Positions 1 to 8,288 of a stretch of DNA of 64,000 nt are shown piece by piece. The notes beneath the pieces were generated by a model that had not been told where the DNA came from, did no database searches, and saw only the letters and a program-made list of their open reading frames with translations. The stretch is taken from contig JAZBOG010000020.1 of the NCBI GenBank assembly GCA_036351015.1, positions 1,305 through 65,304 on the forward strand, given 5' to 3'. Origin of the DNA: Bacteroidales bacterium (GTDB lineage: Bacteria; Bacteroidota; Bacteroidia; Bacteroidales; UBA12077). Position 1 is the stretch's first letter. Every line of letters starts with the position of its first letter. The position numbers and the translations under genes are program-made.

Positions 1-37
1 TATTTGTTTGTTATTTTTATTTTAACCTGATTGCTAA

Positions 38-1351
38 CTATTTACTAAAAAGGGTGGGATTAATAACCAACATCATAAATGCCCAATTGGCTAACTCATC
101 GGCATTCCCTCCTTTTATCACTTCCATGGACTTGCTGGCGAACATCATGGAGTATCCGGCATTAAGGGTAATATCGGGAGTAAATTGATACTTAAAATAA
201 AAATCAATTTCGGTACCCAGATGTTTATCCAATGCTTTTAACCCCGGTCCGGAGTAATTAGGATCTAATACATTGTTGGCCAAAGAGAGATAATGTAGTG
301 TACTCCCAATATTTATCTTTTCGTTAAGAGGATACTGAATATTCAGATAAAGATCGGATAGACCTCCATTCATGGTTTGAGAATAGGTATTGGTAAAATA
401 GTCCATATGGCCGTTAAATTTATGACCTGCACCATACAATTTATTAAATGTATTGATTTCGGTATTTGAAGTATCCAACCCATTGGTTCCGGAATAATAA
501 TCAAACCCTAAATCAATGCCCAGTTTGTTAAAATTCTTATGCCCTTTCACCGAATAAAAATAGGCATCGACCACTTTTCCTGTACTTTCTTTTCCATGCT
601 GATAATAGAAATTACCCGACAGGCTTAATTGTAGTGAAGGCATATCGTAATAAACATTAGGCCCGAAAGTATTACGTCCGTATATTGTATGATCCGTATT
701 TGCTTTCTGGTTTCCATCGAGAACATCAATAAAAGAAATTGTTAATTGGTCATTAAATTTCTTTGAAAACCACACATAAGTAAGCGTTTTATAAAAATCC
801 AGGGGATAATAGCTTTCAAAGTTCTTTTCTTTGTCATTATTGTAAGCAAATCCAACATGTGATTTAAACGTTTTGCTTTCATATTTCAGTAAAAGTAGAT
901 CATGCGAAGTACTAACATTGTTCCAGTTGGTAACAGAAAGTAAACGCTGATCATCATATTTTAAAATTTGCCGACCTATCTTCAGGTTCAACCGGGAATT
1001 CAATTCCAATTCGGCCCAGGCCTCATTTAAAAAAGTAGATGCCAGATCATTTTTGATGGTCACATCTCCCCAGGTGCGCACATCCTGTAAAGATATTTTA
1101 AAATTTATTTTCTCCATCTTCGACTCAAAAATCAAACGGGATCTTTGAGAGATTACCTGGGCTGGGGAAGAACCGGTTGAAGGTAAGGTCTTATATCCAT
1201 TACGAAACTCATACCGTGGTCGCATCTCTGCTTTAATCGAGAACTGAGATAATACTTCAGTAGTCGATAAGCCAATCATTAATACCAGTAGAATAAACTT
1301 ACTAATCTTGAAACTCATTGCAATAATTATCTGTTTGAAAGAGCTGCTCAC
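38..1351 (-). CDS. Outer-membrane beta-barrel porin, alginate-export-like (putative)
   Basis: 437-aa ORF. Signal-like MSFKISKFILLVLMIGLSTTEVLSQ, so the true start may be Met12 near 1318. Y/F/G/N-rich alternating beta-strand pattern and an RPRYEFRNG motif typical of alginate-export-type barrels. Confidence 0.5.
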   Translation of the reverse strand: MSSSFKQIIIAMSFKISKFILLVLMIGLSTTEVLSQFSIKAEMRPRYEFRNGYKTLPSTGSSPAQVISQRSRLIFESKMEKINFKISLQDVRTWGDVTIKNDLASTFLNEAWAELELNSRLNLKIGRQILKYDDQRLLSVTNWNNVSTSHDLLLLKYESKTFKSHVGFAYNNDKEKNFESYYPLDFYKTLTYVWFSKKFNDQLTISFIDVLDGNQKANTDHTIYGRNTFGPNVYYDMPSLQLSLSGNFYYQHGKESTGKVVDAYFYSVKGHKNFNKLGIDLGFDYYSGTNGLDTSNTEINTFNKLYGAGHKFNGHMDYFTNTYSQTMNGGLSDLYLNIQYPLNEKINIGSTLHYLSLANNVLDPNYSGPGLKALDKHLGTEIDFYFKYQFTPDITLNAGYSMMFASKSMEVIKGGNADELANWAFMMLVINPTLFSK

Positions 1352-1453
1352 TCAATTAAAAATCTTGATCAATCCCAATATTTCGATCAGATCGCATGAA
1401 TCATTTCCAGGCTCTTAAATTGTTTGTTTGTTGTTGGTGGTGTAGATTTCCAG

Positions 1454-1984
1454 TTATTTTTCCTTCTTTTTTGTTTTTTTATCCATCGCCGATTTTCCTT
1501 CGGTCGTTTTTTCCTGTAAAGAAACAATCTCGTCCGACGAAAAAACTTTCTCCATATCCAGCAGCATGATAAACTTCTCGTCAACTTTTACCATTCCGTA
1601 AATAAATTCCGACTTATATTTACTGCCAATACTTGGTGGAGGTTGGATCTGGCTATCGTCAATTTCAAGTACTGCCTGAACCGAATCGACTAAAGCACCT
1701 ACCTGGACCATGTCATGATCCAGTTCAACTTCCATCACAACAATACAGGTGTTGTTGGTATATTCGGTGGGAGTCATTCCAAATTTAATCCGGGTATCAA
1801 TAACCGGCAAAACCGTACCCCGTAAATTAATTACTCCTTTCATATACGCGGGAGCCTTAGGAACCTCCGTAATTTTTGTCATCTCGAGGATATTCAGTAC
1901 TTTGCCCACATGGGCTGCAAATTCTTCGTCGCCCAACTTGAATGACAAATAAGAGTTAATCTTTGTTAATTCTTCTTTTTCCAT
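1454..1984 (-). CDS. cheW: Chemotaxis coupling protein CheW
   Basis: 176 aa. Typical CheW core (YLSFKLGDEEFA...VPKAPAYMKGVINLRGTVLPVIDTRIKFG). Lies 6 nt downstream of cheA. Confidence 0.85.
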   Translation of the reverse strand: MEKEELTKINSYLSFKLGDEEFAAHVGKVLNILEMTKITEVPKAPAYMKGVINLRGTVLPVIDTRIKFGMTPTEYTNNTCIVVMEVELDHDMVQVGALVDSVQAVLEIDDSQIQPPPSIGSKYKSEFIYGMVKVDEKFIMLLDMEKVFSSDEIVSLQEKTTEGKSAMDKKTKKKEK

Positions 1985-1990
1985 GATTCT

Positions 1991-4054
1991 TTAATTTTTT
2001 TGTTTTTTTTCTTCTGTAATTTCTTTTGAGAATTGTGCTATGATCTTATTCGGGTCCATTACCAAAGCTACGGTACCATCCCCTAATATAGTAGCTCCGG
2101 AGATAATCTCCTGTTGTTTGTATAATTTGCCCAATGATTTTAATACCGCCTGATATTCACCGACCACATCATCCACAACCAGCCCTATTTTCTGATCCGA
2201 GTAGCTAACCACAATAACCTGTTCAATGGATTGAGTTCCTTCCGGGAAATCAAACTCTTCCCGCAAATAATAGAAAGGAATTTGTTTGCCATCTAAAATG
2301 ATCATATTGTTAAAGGTGTTTACAACCTTTTGATGCTCGGTAGCGTAGATTTTGTCAACGGCATTTAACGGAATGATATAATGATTTTCAGCTATTTTTA
2401 CCAACAAACCATCAATGATGGAAAGTGTAAGTGGGAGTTTTATGGTAAGGGTAGTCCCTACATTAATCTCAGAGTCAATTTCTACCTCACCACGGATCTC
2501 GGCCAGTTTTCTCTTCACAACATCCATGCCCACTCCTCTGCCTGACACATCGGTTATATTCTGGGCGGTCGAAAATCCAGACCGAAAGGTAAGGTCCAGG
2601 ATCTCCTTTTTGGATAATACAGCATCCTTACTGATTAATCCTTTTTCTATCGCCTTCGCTCTTATTTTTGCAGGATCAATCCCAGCACCATCATCACTAA
2701 TCTGAATAATTACATTGGCTCCTGAATAAAAGGCTTTTAACAGGATTTTTCCCTGGGCCGGTTTTTTTAATTTCTTTCGTTGTTCTGCAGATTCTATTCC
2801 ATGATCAATACTGTTTCTAAGAATATGTAACAGCGGATCGGTAAGACTTTCAATAATTGTTTTATCCAGTTCTGTATCTACTCCTTCGGCACTAAAAGCA
2901 ATATCTTTATTTTGATCTTTGGACAAATCTCTGACCAAACGTTGAAACCGGGTAAGCATGGTCTCAATAGGAACTAACACAATGTCAAAGGCATTGTCGC
3001 GTAATTGTCTGGAAAGCTTCTGAACATTTTCTGCTATGGTCATCAATTCAGAGTCGCCTGTTTGCTCGGCATATAAACTTAACCGTGCCTGGGTGGTCAC
3101 CAGCTCGCTCACCAGGTTCATCATTCTGTCGAGTTTCCCCGAGGAAACCCTGATGCTTGAAATAGCATTTTCCTTTACAGAAGGTAGTGGACCCGTCTTT
3201 TTTATTTTCTTCTCGATCTCACTTAAATCACTGGATGAGTCTCCCTTTTTATCTTTTATCAACCTTTGAATCTCGGATAATCCAATATCATCTTTTGATG
3301 CTGCAATTTTGGCTAATTCCTGAACGATCGTTTCATGTGTTAAAATATTAAAATCGGCAACCTCGTTTATCTCCAGCTCACACTGATCCTCAACAAAAAT
3401 GAAGACATCGTTAATGTCATTTAGATGATTCTCGGTGGCAAGCAGTATCTCCCAATACGTATAACATTTAGTGACATCCAGGGTATCAATCGCAGGAATT
3501 TTATTCAGATGGGAAAATACTTTACAATCCCCTAACGAATGCAACTCATCTAAAAGGAATAAGGGGTTAGTGCCATCATTGAAGATATCCGGATCAGGAG
3601 CAAAATAAATATAATACGTTTTCAAACGGGATTCGGTTGACTTTTCTTTTGGCCCGGAGATTCCTATATCCTCTCCCCTGTTCTCTTCAATCTTTTTTAT
3701 CTTTACAATCAGATCGTTATGTTGGGCAGTAATTGCCGGTGAGTTTGAATCTTCATTGGACAACAAAACTTTCATATGATCGACCGACTGAAGGGTAATA
3801 TCCAATAAATCCCGGGTCACACTCAGCTTATCCTCCCGTACCAGGTCGTATACATTTTCAAGATGATGCGTAAAATCACTCAACTGCTGAAAGCCAAACA
3901 TGGCCCCCCCTCCTTTAATGGTATGCATAGCCCGAAAAACCCTCTCGACCAACTCCCTGTTGTTCGGTTCGTTTTCGAGAATTAACAGGGCATCCTCCAG
4001 ATCTTTAATATTATCTGTAGCTTCTTCTATAAATTTAGCAGTAAACTTATCCAT
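1991..4054 (-). CDS. cheA: Chemotaxis histidine kinase CheA
   Basis: 687 aa. HPt motif RAMHTIKGGGAMFGF, HATPase boxes (HILRNSIDHG, DDGAGID, GRGVGMDVV) and a C-terminal CheW-like P5 domain. 1-nt overlap with cheY. Confidence 0.9.
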   Translation of the reverse strand: MDKFTAKFIEEATDNIKDLEDALLILENEPNNRELVERVFRAMHTIKGGGAMFGFQQLSDFTHHLENVYDLVREDKLSVTRDLLDITLQSVDHMKVLLSNEDSNSPAITAQHNDLIVKIKKIEENRGEDIGISGPKEKSTESRLKTYYIYFAPDPDIFNDGTNPLFLLDELHSLGDCKVFSHLNKIPAIDTLDVTKCYTYWEILLATENHLNDINDVFIFVEDQCELEINEVADFNILTHETIVQELAKIAASKDDIGLSEIQRLIKDKKGDSSSDLSEIEKKIKKTGPLPSVKENAISSIRVSSGKLDRMMNLVSELVTTQARLSLYAEQTGDSELMTIAENVQKLSRQLRDNAFDIVLVPIETMLTRFQRLVRDLSKDQNKDIAFSAEGVDTELDKTIIESLTDPLLHILRNSIDHGIESAEQRKKLKKPAQGKILLKAFYSGANVIIQISDDGAGIDPAKIRAKAIEKGLISKDAVLSKKEILDLTFRSGFSTAQNITDVSGRGVGMDVVKRKLAEIRGEVEIDSEINVGTTLTIKLPLTLSIIDGLLVKIAENHYIIPLNAVDKIYATEHQKVVNTFNNMIILDGKQIPFYYLREEFDFPEGTQSIEQVIVVSYSDQKIGLVVDDVVGEYQAVLKSLGKLYKQQEIISGATILGDGTVALVMDPNKIIAQFSKEITEEKKQKN

Positions 4055-4419
4055 TAGCGTAGTACTTTTTTAAGTGCGGCAATTAATTTAGCAGGAACAA
4101 ATGGTTTTACAATCCAGCCGGTAGCTCCGGCTTCTTTTGCCTCCATTTTCTTGGCTGCTTGTGATTCGGTAGTTAAAAACAAAATAGGGATTCGTTTATA
4201 ACTATCCATGGCTCTAATATTCTTAATTAGCTCAATACCATTCATCTTAGGCATATGCAAATCAGTAATTACCAGGTCGATTTGCCGTCCATCAAGAAAC
4301 TTCATGGCATCGGTACCATCATCACCAACGAATACATGGTATCCTTCATTTTCGAGGGTAAAGCTTACAACCTCCCGTATACTTTCGGAATCGTCTACGA
4401 TTAAAATATTTTTACTCAT
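4054..4419 (-). CDS. cheY: CheY-like single-domain response regulator
   Basis: 121 aa. Receiver signature DD (IVDDSE), phospho-Asp context VITDLHMPKMNG, LTTES, VKPF. Confidence 0.8.
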   Translation of the reverse strand: MSKNILIVDDSESIREVVSFTLENEGYHVFVGDDGTDAMKFLDGRQIDLVITDLHMPKMNGIELIKNIRAMDSYKRIPILFLTTESQAAKKMEAKEAGATGWIVKPFVPAKLIAALKKVLR

Positions 4420-4437
4420 AATGTTTTATTTTTTCTT

Positions 4438-4743
4438 TTAGGCCTTAAATATTTTACGGATATCAGAATTTTCAAGTAACGCCTGGATTTCATCATTAAA
4501 TTCGGCAGTAAAAACAATCCTCTTTCCTCTCGCTTTAGCACTCTGACTCAATGAATAAAGAAATTGGATAAACGATAAATCCAGGTTGTTCACATTTTTT
4601 AATGTAAAATCAATTTCCTGATTTGCATTAAATGTTTGAATGATTTTATCTTTGATTTCTTCGATAGTATATATTGTTAGATCATGGTCTAATAATATAT
4701 TTACTTTTTTCACTCCTTTGGATTTTGCTTTTTTGATTTGCAT
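4438..4743 (-). CDS. STAS-domain (anti-sigma-factor-antagonist-like) protein
   Basis: 101 aa with SpoIIAA-like size and layout (LDLSFIQFLYSL...GKRIVF). The canonical DSSG phospho-serine motif is not visible; IQFLYS sits in its place. Confidence 0.55.
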   Translation of the reverse strand: MQIKKAKSKGVKKVNILLDHDLTIYTIEEIKDKIIQTFNANQEIDFTLKNVNNLDLSFIQFLYSLSQSAKARGKRIVFTAEFNDEIQALLENSDIRKIFKA

Positions 4744-4766
4744 ATTCTCATAATTTACATTATTCC

Positions 4767-6578
4767 TCAGAAAAATTCAATATCACCATCTTCTTCAAGA
4801 TCTATTTCAATATTCTCTGCTTTGTCCCGGAGAATCTGATCATGGACCTGGTGCTCTGAATGCATGGTGTAATAATCTTTTAACTTTTTTAAATTTTCTT
4901 CTTTAGATAATTCAGAATTCTGATCATCTGTTTTTAATTTGAAATTAATCGTATTTAATTCCGTAATGATCTCTTCAATTACTTTCTCGAAAAATTTATA
5001 ATATTTTATGTCAGCAATTGCTTTTTTAATGATCCCAATAACTTCCCTGCTTACCTGTTGATTGACTTTCAGCTTTTTATCAATGGAGTCTCCGGACTCT
5101 TTGATTTGATTTACAAAGCCATCAAATTGGTTAATATATTCCCGGGTTAATCGGTTCTGATGGTTATGCTCATTAGATTCCTGAAAATTTTTTTTTATTC
5201 GTTTTAATTCATGAAAGATTTTATACACTTTCTGATAGTTATTCTTAATGTCGGAATGTAAATTCTTTACCTGTGCAATATTTTTTTTCGAATTCAAATC
5301 ATCAACCGAAAGCTCCTGTAATCTTTCCAGGGTATTAAAAAACAGCTGGTTAAAATCCTCACTCAGCAGGTCCAATTTACGAAATGACGAATCAATAGTA
5401 TCTATCTTATCTTCCAGGGAATCAATATCCTGGTTAATCGTTTTGTTTTGGATAAATTTCTGGTCAAGAATCTCGTTCGCTGAAGAAAATAAATGAAAAA
5501 TATCATCATAAAGTTTTAATCCATTCTCATCGTATAAAATCTCATTTCCTTTTTCGGAAATGTATTTCATATGATCGCCAATATTTAAAAACTGGTTAAT
5601 AATAATCTCCAGGGCACCCTGGTATTCCTTATTGGCATGAATCAGCTGCGCAGCTTGCAATCCGGCAATATCGCGGATACGAAGAAAACATTTTGCCAGA
5701 TCGTTGAGATGGCTCTCATCTTTATGGGTTTCCTCAAAGGCTTTCAGTTCTTCTATTAAATCACGATGGGTTTGCTGGATATGTTCCATCTTTTGTTGAA
5801 TAATATCCTGATATTGTAATTTTTTAATAATATCATCCACACTAAGTGTAGTCTTTTCAGAGCTTTCAATTATTCCGGGAATCAACCTCTTGTTTCTCTT
5901 ATACTTATCTTTTAAGGCATTCAACACGTGCTCAATTTTTGATAACCATAAATCAAAATTGAATTCTTTTTGTTGTTTTATATCCTGCAAATTCTTTATT
6001 GAAAGTTTGGATACTTTTTGAAGATGATTAATATTTTTAACAATAAGATCAGAATATTTTTTGATTTCATCGATTTTTTGACTAGCCATTTGATTCTGTT
6101 GTTCAATCACCACCTTATCAGTCCCTTTAATGTGTGAAATGTTGAGGTTTAAATTAGCAAGCAAATACTTTAAACTCATTAAATTCTGGCAATAATTTTT
6201 CATAGGAAAAAAAATATGCCGTAAATGATTGGAAAGTTTATCAAACGAATCAATGACAATTTCTAATTTATAATCAAAAAGCTCAATCCGGGCTTTGAGG
6301 CTATGGTACAATTGTTCAACCTGGCAATAAAACTCCTGGCTGTTATTATCATTAAAGTGATTAAGGACAGTATGGATATTTTCGGCAATGATTTTTGATT
6401 TTGTGTATATGATCTTAAATTCACTATTTAATTTTAAAAAATCATCCGCCGAACATTCATGCAACGAAATCAGGTTTTTATCAATACTGGAAAACAGGGT
6501 AGAAATTTCTTCTACAGAAAATGTGTTGAGTAAAGCTTTTAACTGTATTTTATTTTCGAGTTCTTTATCGTAATCCAT
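4767..6578 (-). CDS. 603-aa coiled-coil protein of unknown function in the Che-like operon
   Basis: Long uninterrupted ORF, 12 nt downstream of a receiver gene and 23 nt upstream of the STAS gene. K/E/N/I/L-rich heptad-like sequence with no TM segment. No MCP signature (NLLALNAAIEAARAGE) seen. Acidic tail ends in DIEFF. Confidence 0.6.
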   Translation of the reverse strand: MDYDKELENKIQLKALLNTFSVEEISTLFSSIDKNLISLHECSADDFLKLNSEFKIIYTKSKIIAENIHTVLNHFNDNNSQEFYCQVEQLYHSLKARIELFDYKLEIVIDSFDKLSNHLRHIFFPMKNYCQNLMSLKYLLANLNLNISHIKGTDKVVIEQQNQMASQKIDEIKKYSDLIVKNINHLQKVSKLSIKNLQDIKQQKEFNFDLWLSKIEHVLNALKDKYKRNKRLIPGIIESSEKTTLSVDDIIKKLQYQDIIQQKMEHIQQTHRDLIEELKAFEETHKDESHLNDLAKCFLRIRDIAGLQAAQLIHANKEYQGALEIIINQFLNIGDHMKYISEKGNEILYDENGLKLYDDIFHLFSSANEILDQKFIQNKTINQDIDSLEDKIDTIDSSFRKLDLLSEDFNQLFFNTLERLQELSVDDLNSKKNIAQVKNLHSDIKNNYQKVYKIFHELKRIKKNFQESNEHNHQNRLTREYINQFDGFVNQIKESGDSIDKKLKVNQQVSREVIGIIKKAIADIKYYKFFEKVIEEIITELNTINFKLKTDDQNSELSKEENLKKLKDYYTMHSEHQVHDQILRDKAENIEIDLEEDGDIEFF

Positions 6579-6590
6579 GGAGCAAAATCT

Positions 6591-6968
6591 TTATTTATGG
6601 GTAGCTAATACCTGGTATACTTTGGCTAAAAAGTCTGGAATATTAATCGGTTTCTCAATAACATCAGCAGCCCCGAGGTCCTTTGCTATAATAATATTTT
6701 CTTTATTAGCAAATGCTGTTACTATAATGGTGGGAATACAATTCAATTCGTTCGTTACTTTTAACTTCCGCAATAAATCAAATCCATTTTCATTAGGCAT
6801 TAACAGGTCTAATAAAATTAAATCGGGAGTATATGATTTTAACTTCTTCTCTGCTTCCTTTACATTAAAAGCTGTTTCAACATGAAACCCATCATCTTCC
6901 AAAATTGCTTCAAGCAGAACCAAATTGGTTTCAGAGTCATCAACAATTAAAATATTATGTTTTGCCAT
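6591..6968 (-). CDS. Single-domain response regulator (receiver only)
   Basis: 125 aa with IVDDSE, LLDLLMPNENG, VTA, EKP receiver motifs. First gene of the Che-like operon. Confidence 0.85.
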   Translation of the reverse strand: MAKHNILIVDDSETNLVLLEAILEDDGFHVETAFNVKEAEKKLKSYTPDLILLDLLMPNENGFDLLRKLKVTNELNCIPTIIVTAFANKENIIIAKDLGAADVIEKPINIPDFLAKVYQVLATHK

Positions 6969-7197
6969 GATTATATTATTGGGTGATAAGATTTTTTATT
7001 AACTGTAAACCGGCACATAAAAAGAATATAAACGAATATCATTTTATGGAGTAAAATTACAACCAAGAGGGTTAATGCTACAACAAAATTGCTATGACAT
7101 TCATTACTAAACATGATGATTTACATCACCAAAAAAAGTAGGGTTAATCATTTTTTTTAAAAAGAATTTAATATTTTTACCAAAACGACGGAGGTTT

Positions 7198-7884
7198 ATG
7201 AGCAAAGACAAAAAAGGGGATTTATTCGATTTATTATTTCCCGATAAGGATATCATATCAAAAGCTGAGATTGATCGAATCAGAGCAGGTTGTGAAATCG
7301 TTCAATTCCAGAAAAAGGATATCATTTTTAAACAAAACACCCTCACCTCGCATATCATGTTTATTAAATCGGGATTGGTAAAAATTTTTAAGCAAGGGAA
7401 AAATAATAAATCAATCATTCTCAAAATTGCCACACCAGGTAACTTTTTGGGGTTAATTTCAATTTTTGGGGAATCAACTTTTCAATATTCGGCCTCAGCC
7501 ATTGAAGATGCAGAAATTTTATTTATTGATTTCAATACTTTTCAATCAATCTTAACCAACAATGGAAAATATACGACCTCGTTGTTAAAAAAATTAAGTA
7601 AGGAAAATCTTTATGTGATCGACCGATTAATTGCTCAGTACCACAAACAACTCCCAGGAAAAATTGCCGATCTAATCCTCTATTTTTCCGAGGAGATCTA
7701 TCATTCTGAAAAATTTGAGTTACCCCTTACCCGGAACGAACTGGCTGAATTTGCCGGGACAACCAAAGAAAGTCTTATTAGAACTTTAACTGAGTTTAAA
7801 AACGATAAAATTATCGAGCTGGAAGGGAAAAAAGTGAATATAAGGAGTATGGATATTATTAAAACACTAAGCAGAATAGGGTAA
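7198..7884 (+). CDS. Crp/Fnr-family transcriptional regulator
   Basis: 228 aa. N-terminal cNMP-binding beta-roll (FKQNTLTSHIMFIKSGLVKIF...PGNFLGL) and C-terminal HTH (LTRNELAEFAGTTKESLIRTLTEF). Confidence 0.85.
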   Translation: MSKDKKGDLFDLLFPDKDIISKAEIDRIRAGCEIVQFQKKDIIFKQNTLTSHIMFIKSGLVKIFKQGKNNKSIILKIATPGNFLGLISIFGESTFQYSASAIEDAEILFIDFNTFQSILTNNGKYTTSLLKKLSKENLYVIDRLIAQYHKQLPGKIADLILYFSEEIYHSEKFELPLTRNELAEFAGTTKESLIRTLTEFKNDKIIELEGKKVNIRSMDIIKTLSRIG

Positions 7885-7886
7885 TA

Positions 7887-8261
7887 ATGACTAAGTATAA
7901 CATTCTAATTGTTGATGATATTTTTTTAAACAGATTATTATTAAAAGAATTTTTAAAAAATATCGCAGAGAAACTTATTGAGGCAGAAAACGGAAAAGAT
8001 GCCATTGAAATCATTAAAAACAATCCGGTCGACGTTGTCTTAATGGACATTGAGATGCCTGTCATGAATGGGCTAGAAACCACAAAGTTTATTCGAAATA
8101 ATTTTCCCGAGCCCAGTAACAGGATCCCTATAATTGCGCTAACAGCTCATAATCCGGATGACTTTTTTAATGATTTTAACAGTGCTGGTTTTGATGAGTT
8201 ACTTACCAAACCCTATTCCTTTGAAAAGGTGTTAGGGGCCATAAAAAAAGCAAGATCGTAA
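7887..8261 (+). CDS. Single-domain response regulator
   Basis: 124 aa with IVDD, VLMDIEMPVMNG, LTA, TKP motifs. Starts 2 nt after the Crp-family gene. Confidence 0.85.
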   Translation: MTKYNILIVDDIFLNRLLLKEFLKNIAEKLIEAENGKDAIEIIKNNPVDVVLMDIEMPVMNGLETTKFIRNNFPEPSNRIPIIALTAHNPDDFFNDFNSAGFDELLTKPYSFEKVLGAIKKARS

Positions 8262-8288
8262 AATACTTTTTACCAATACACAGCAAGA

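Noticed and set aside
1387-1584. 65-aa K/R-rich ORF overlapping the 3' end of cheW in another frame
   Set aside because: It has a low-complexity basic translation and lies largely inside the well-supported cheW ORF. It is a frame shadow of an AT-rich, lysine-coding region.
4767-6578. Annotating the 603-aa protein as a methyl-accepting chemotaxis protein
   Set aside because: No MCP signalling-domain signature is visible by eye, and only weak positional hints exist (a mid-sequence segment and the DIEFF tail). It is kept as a hypothesis in the findings, not as an annotation.
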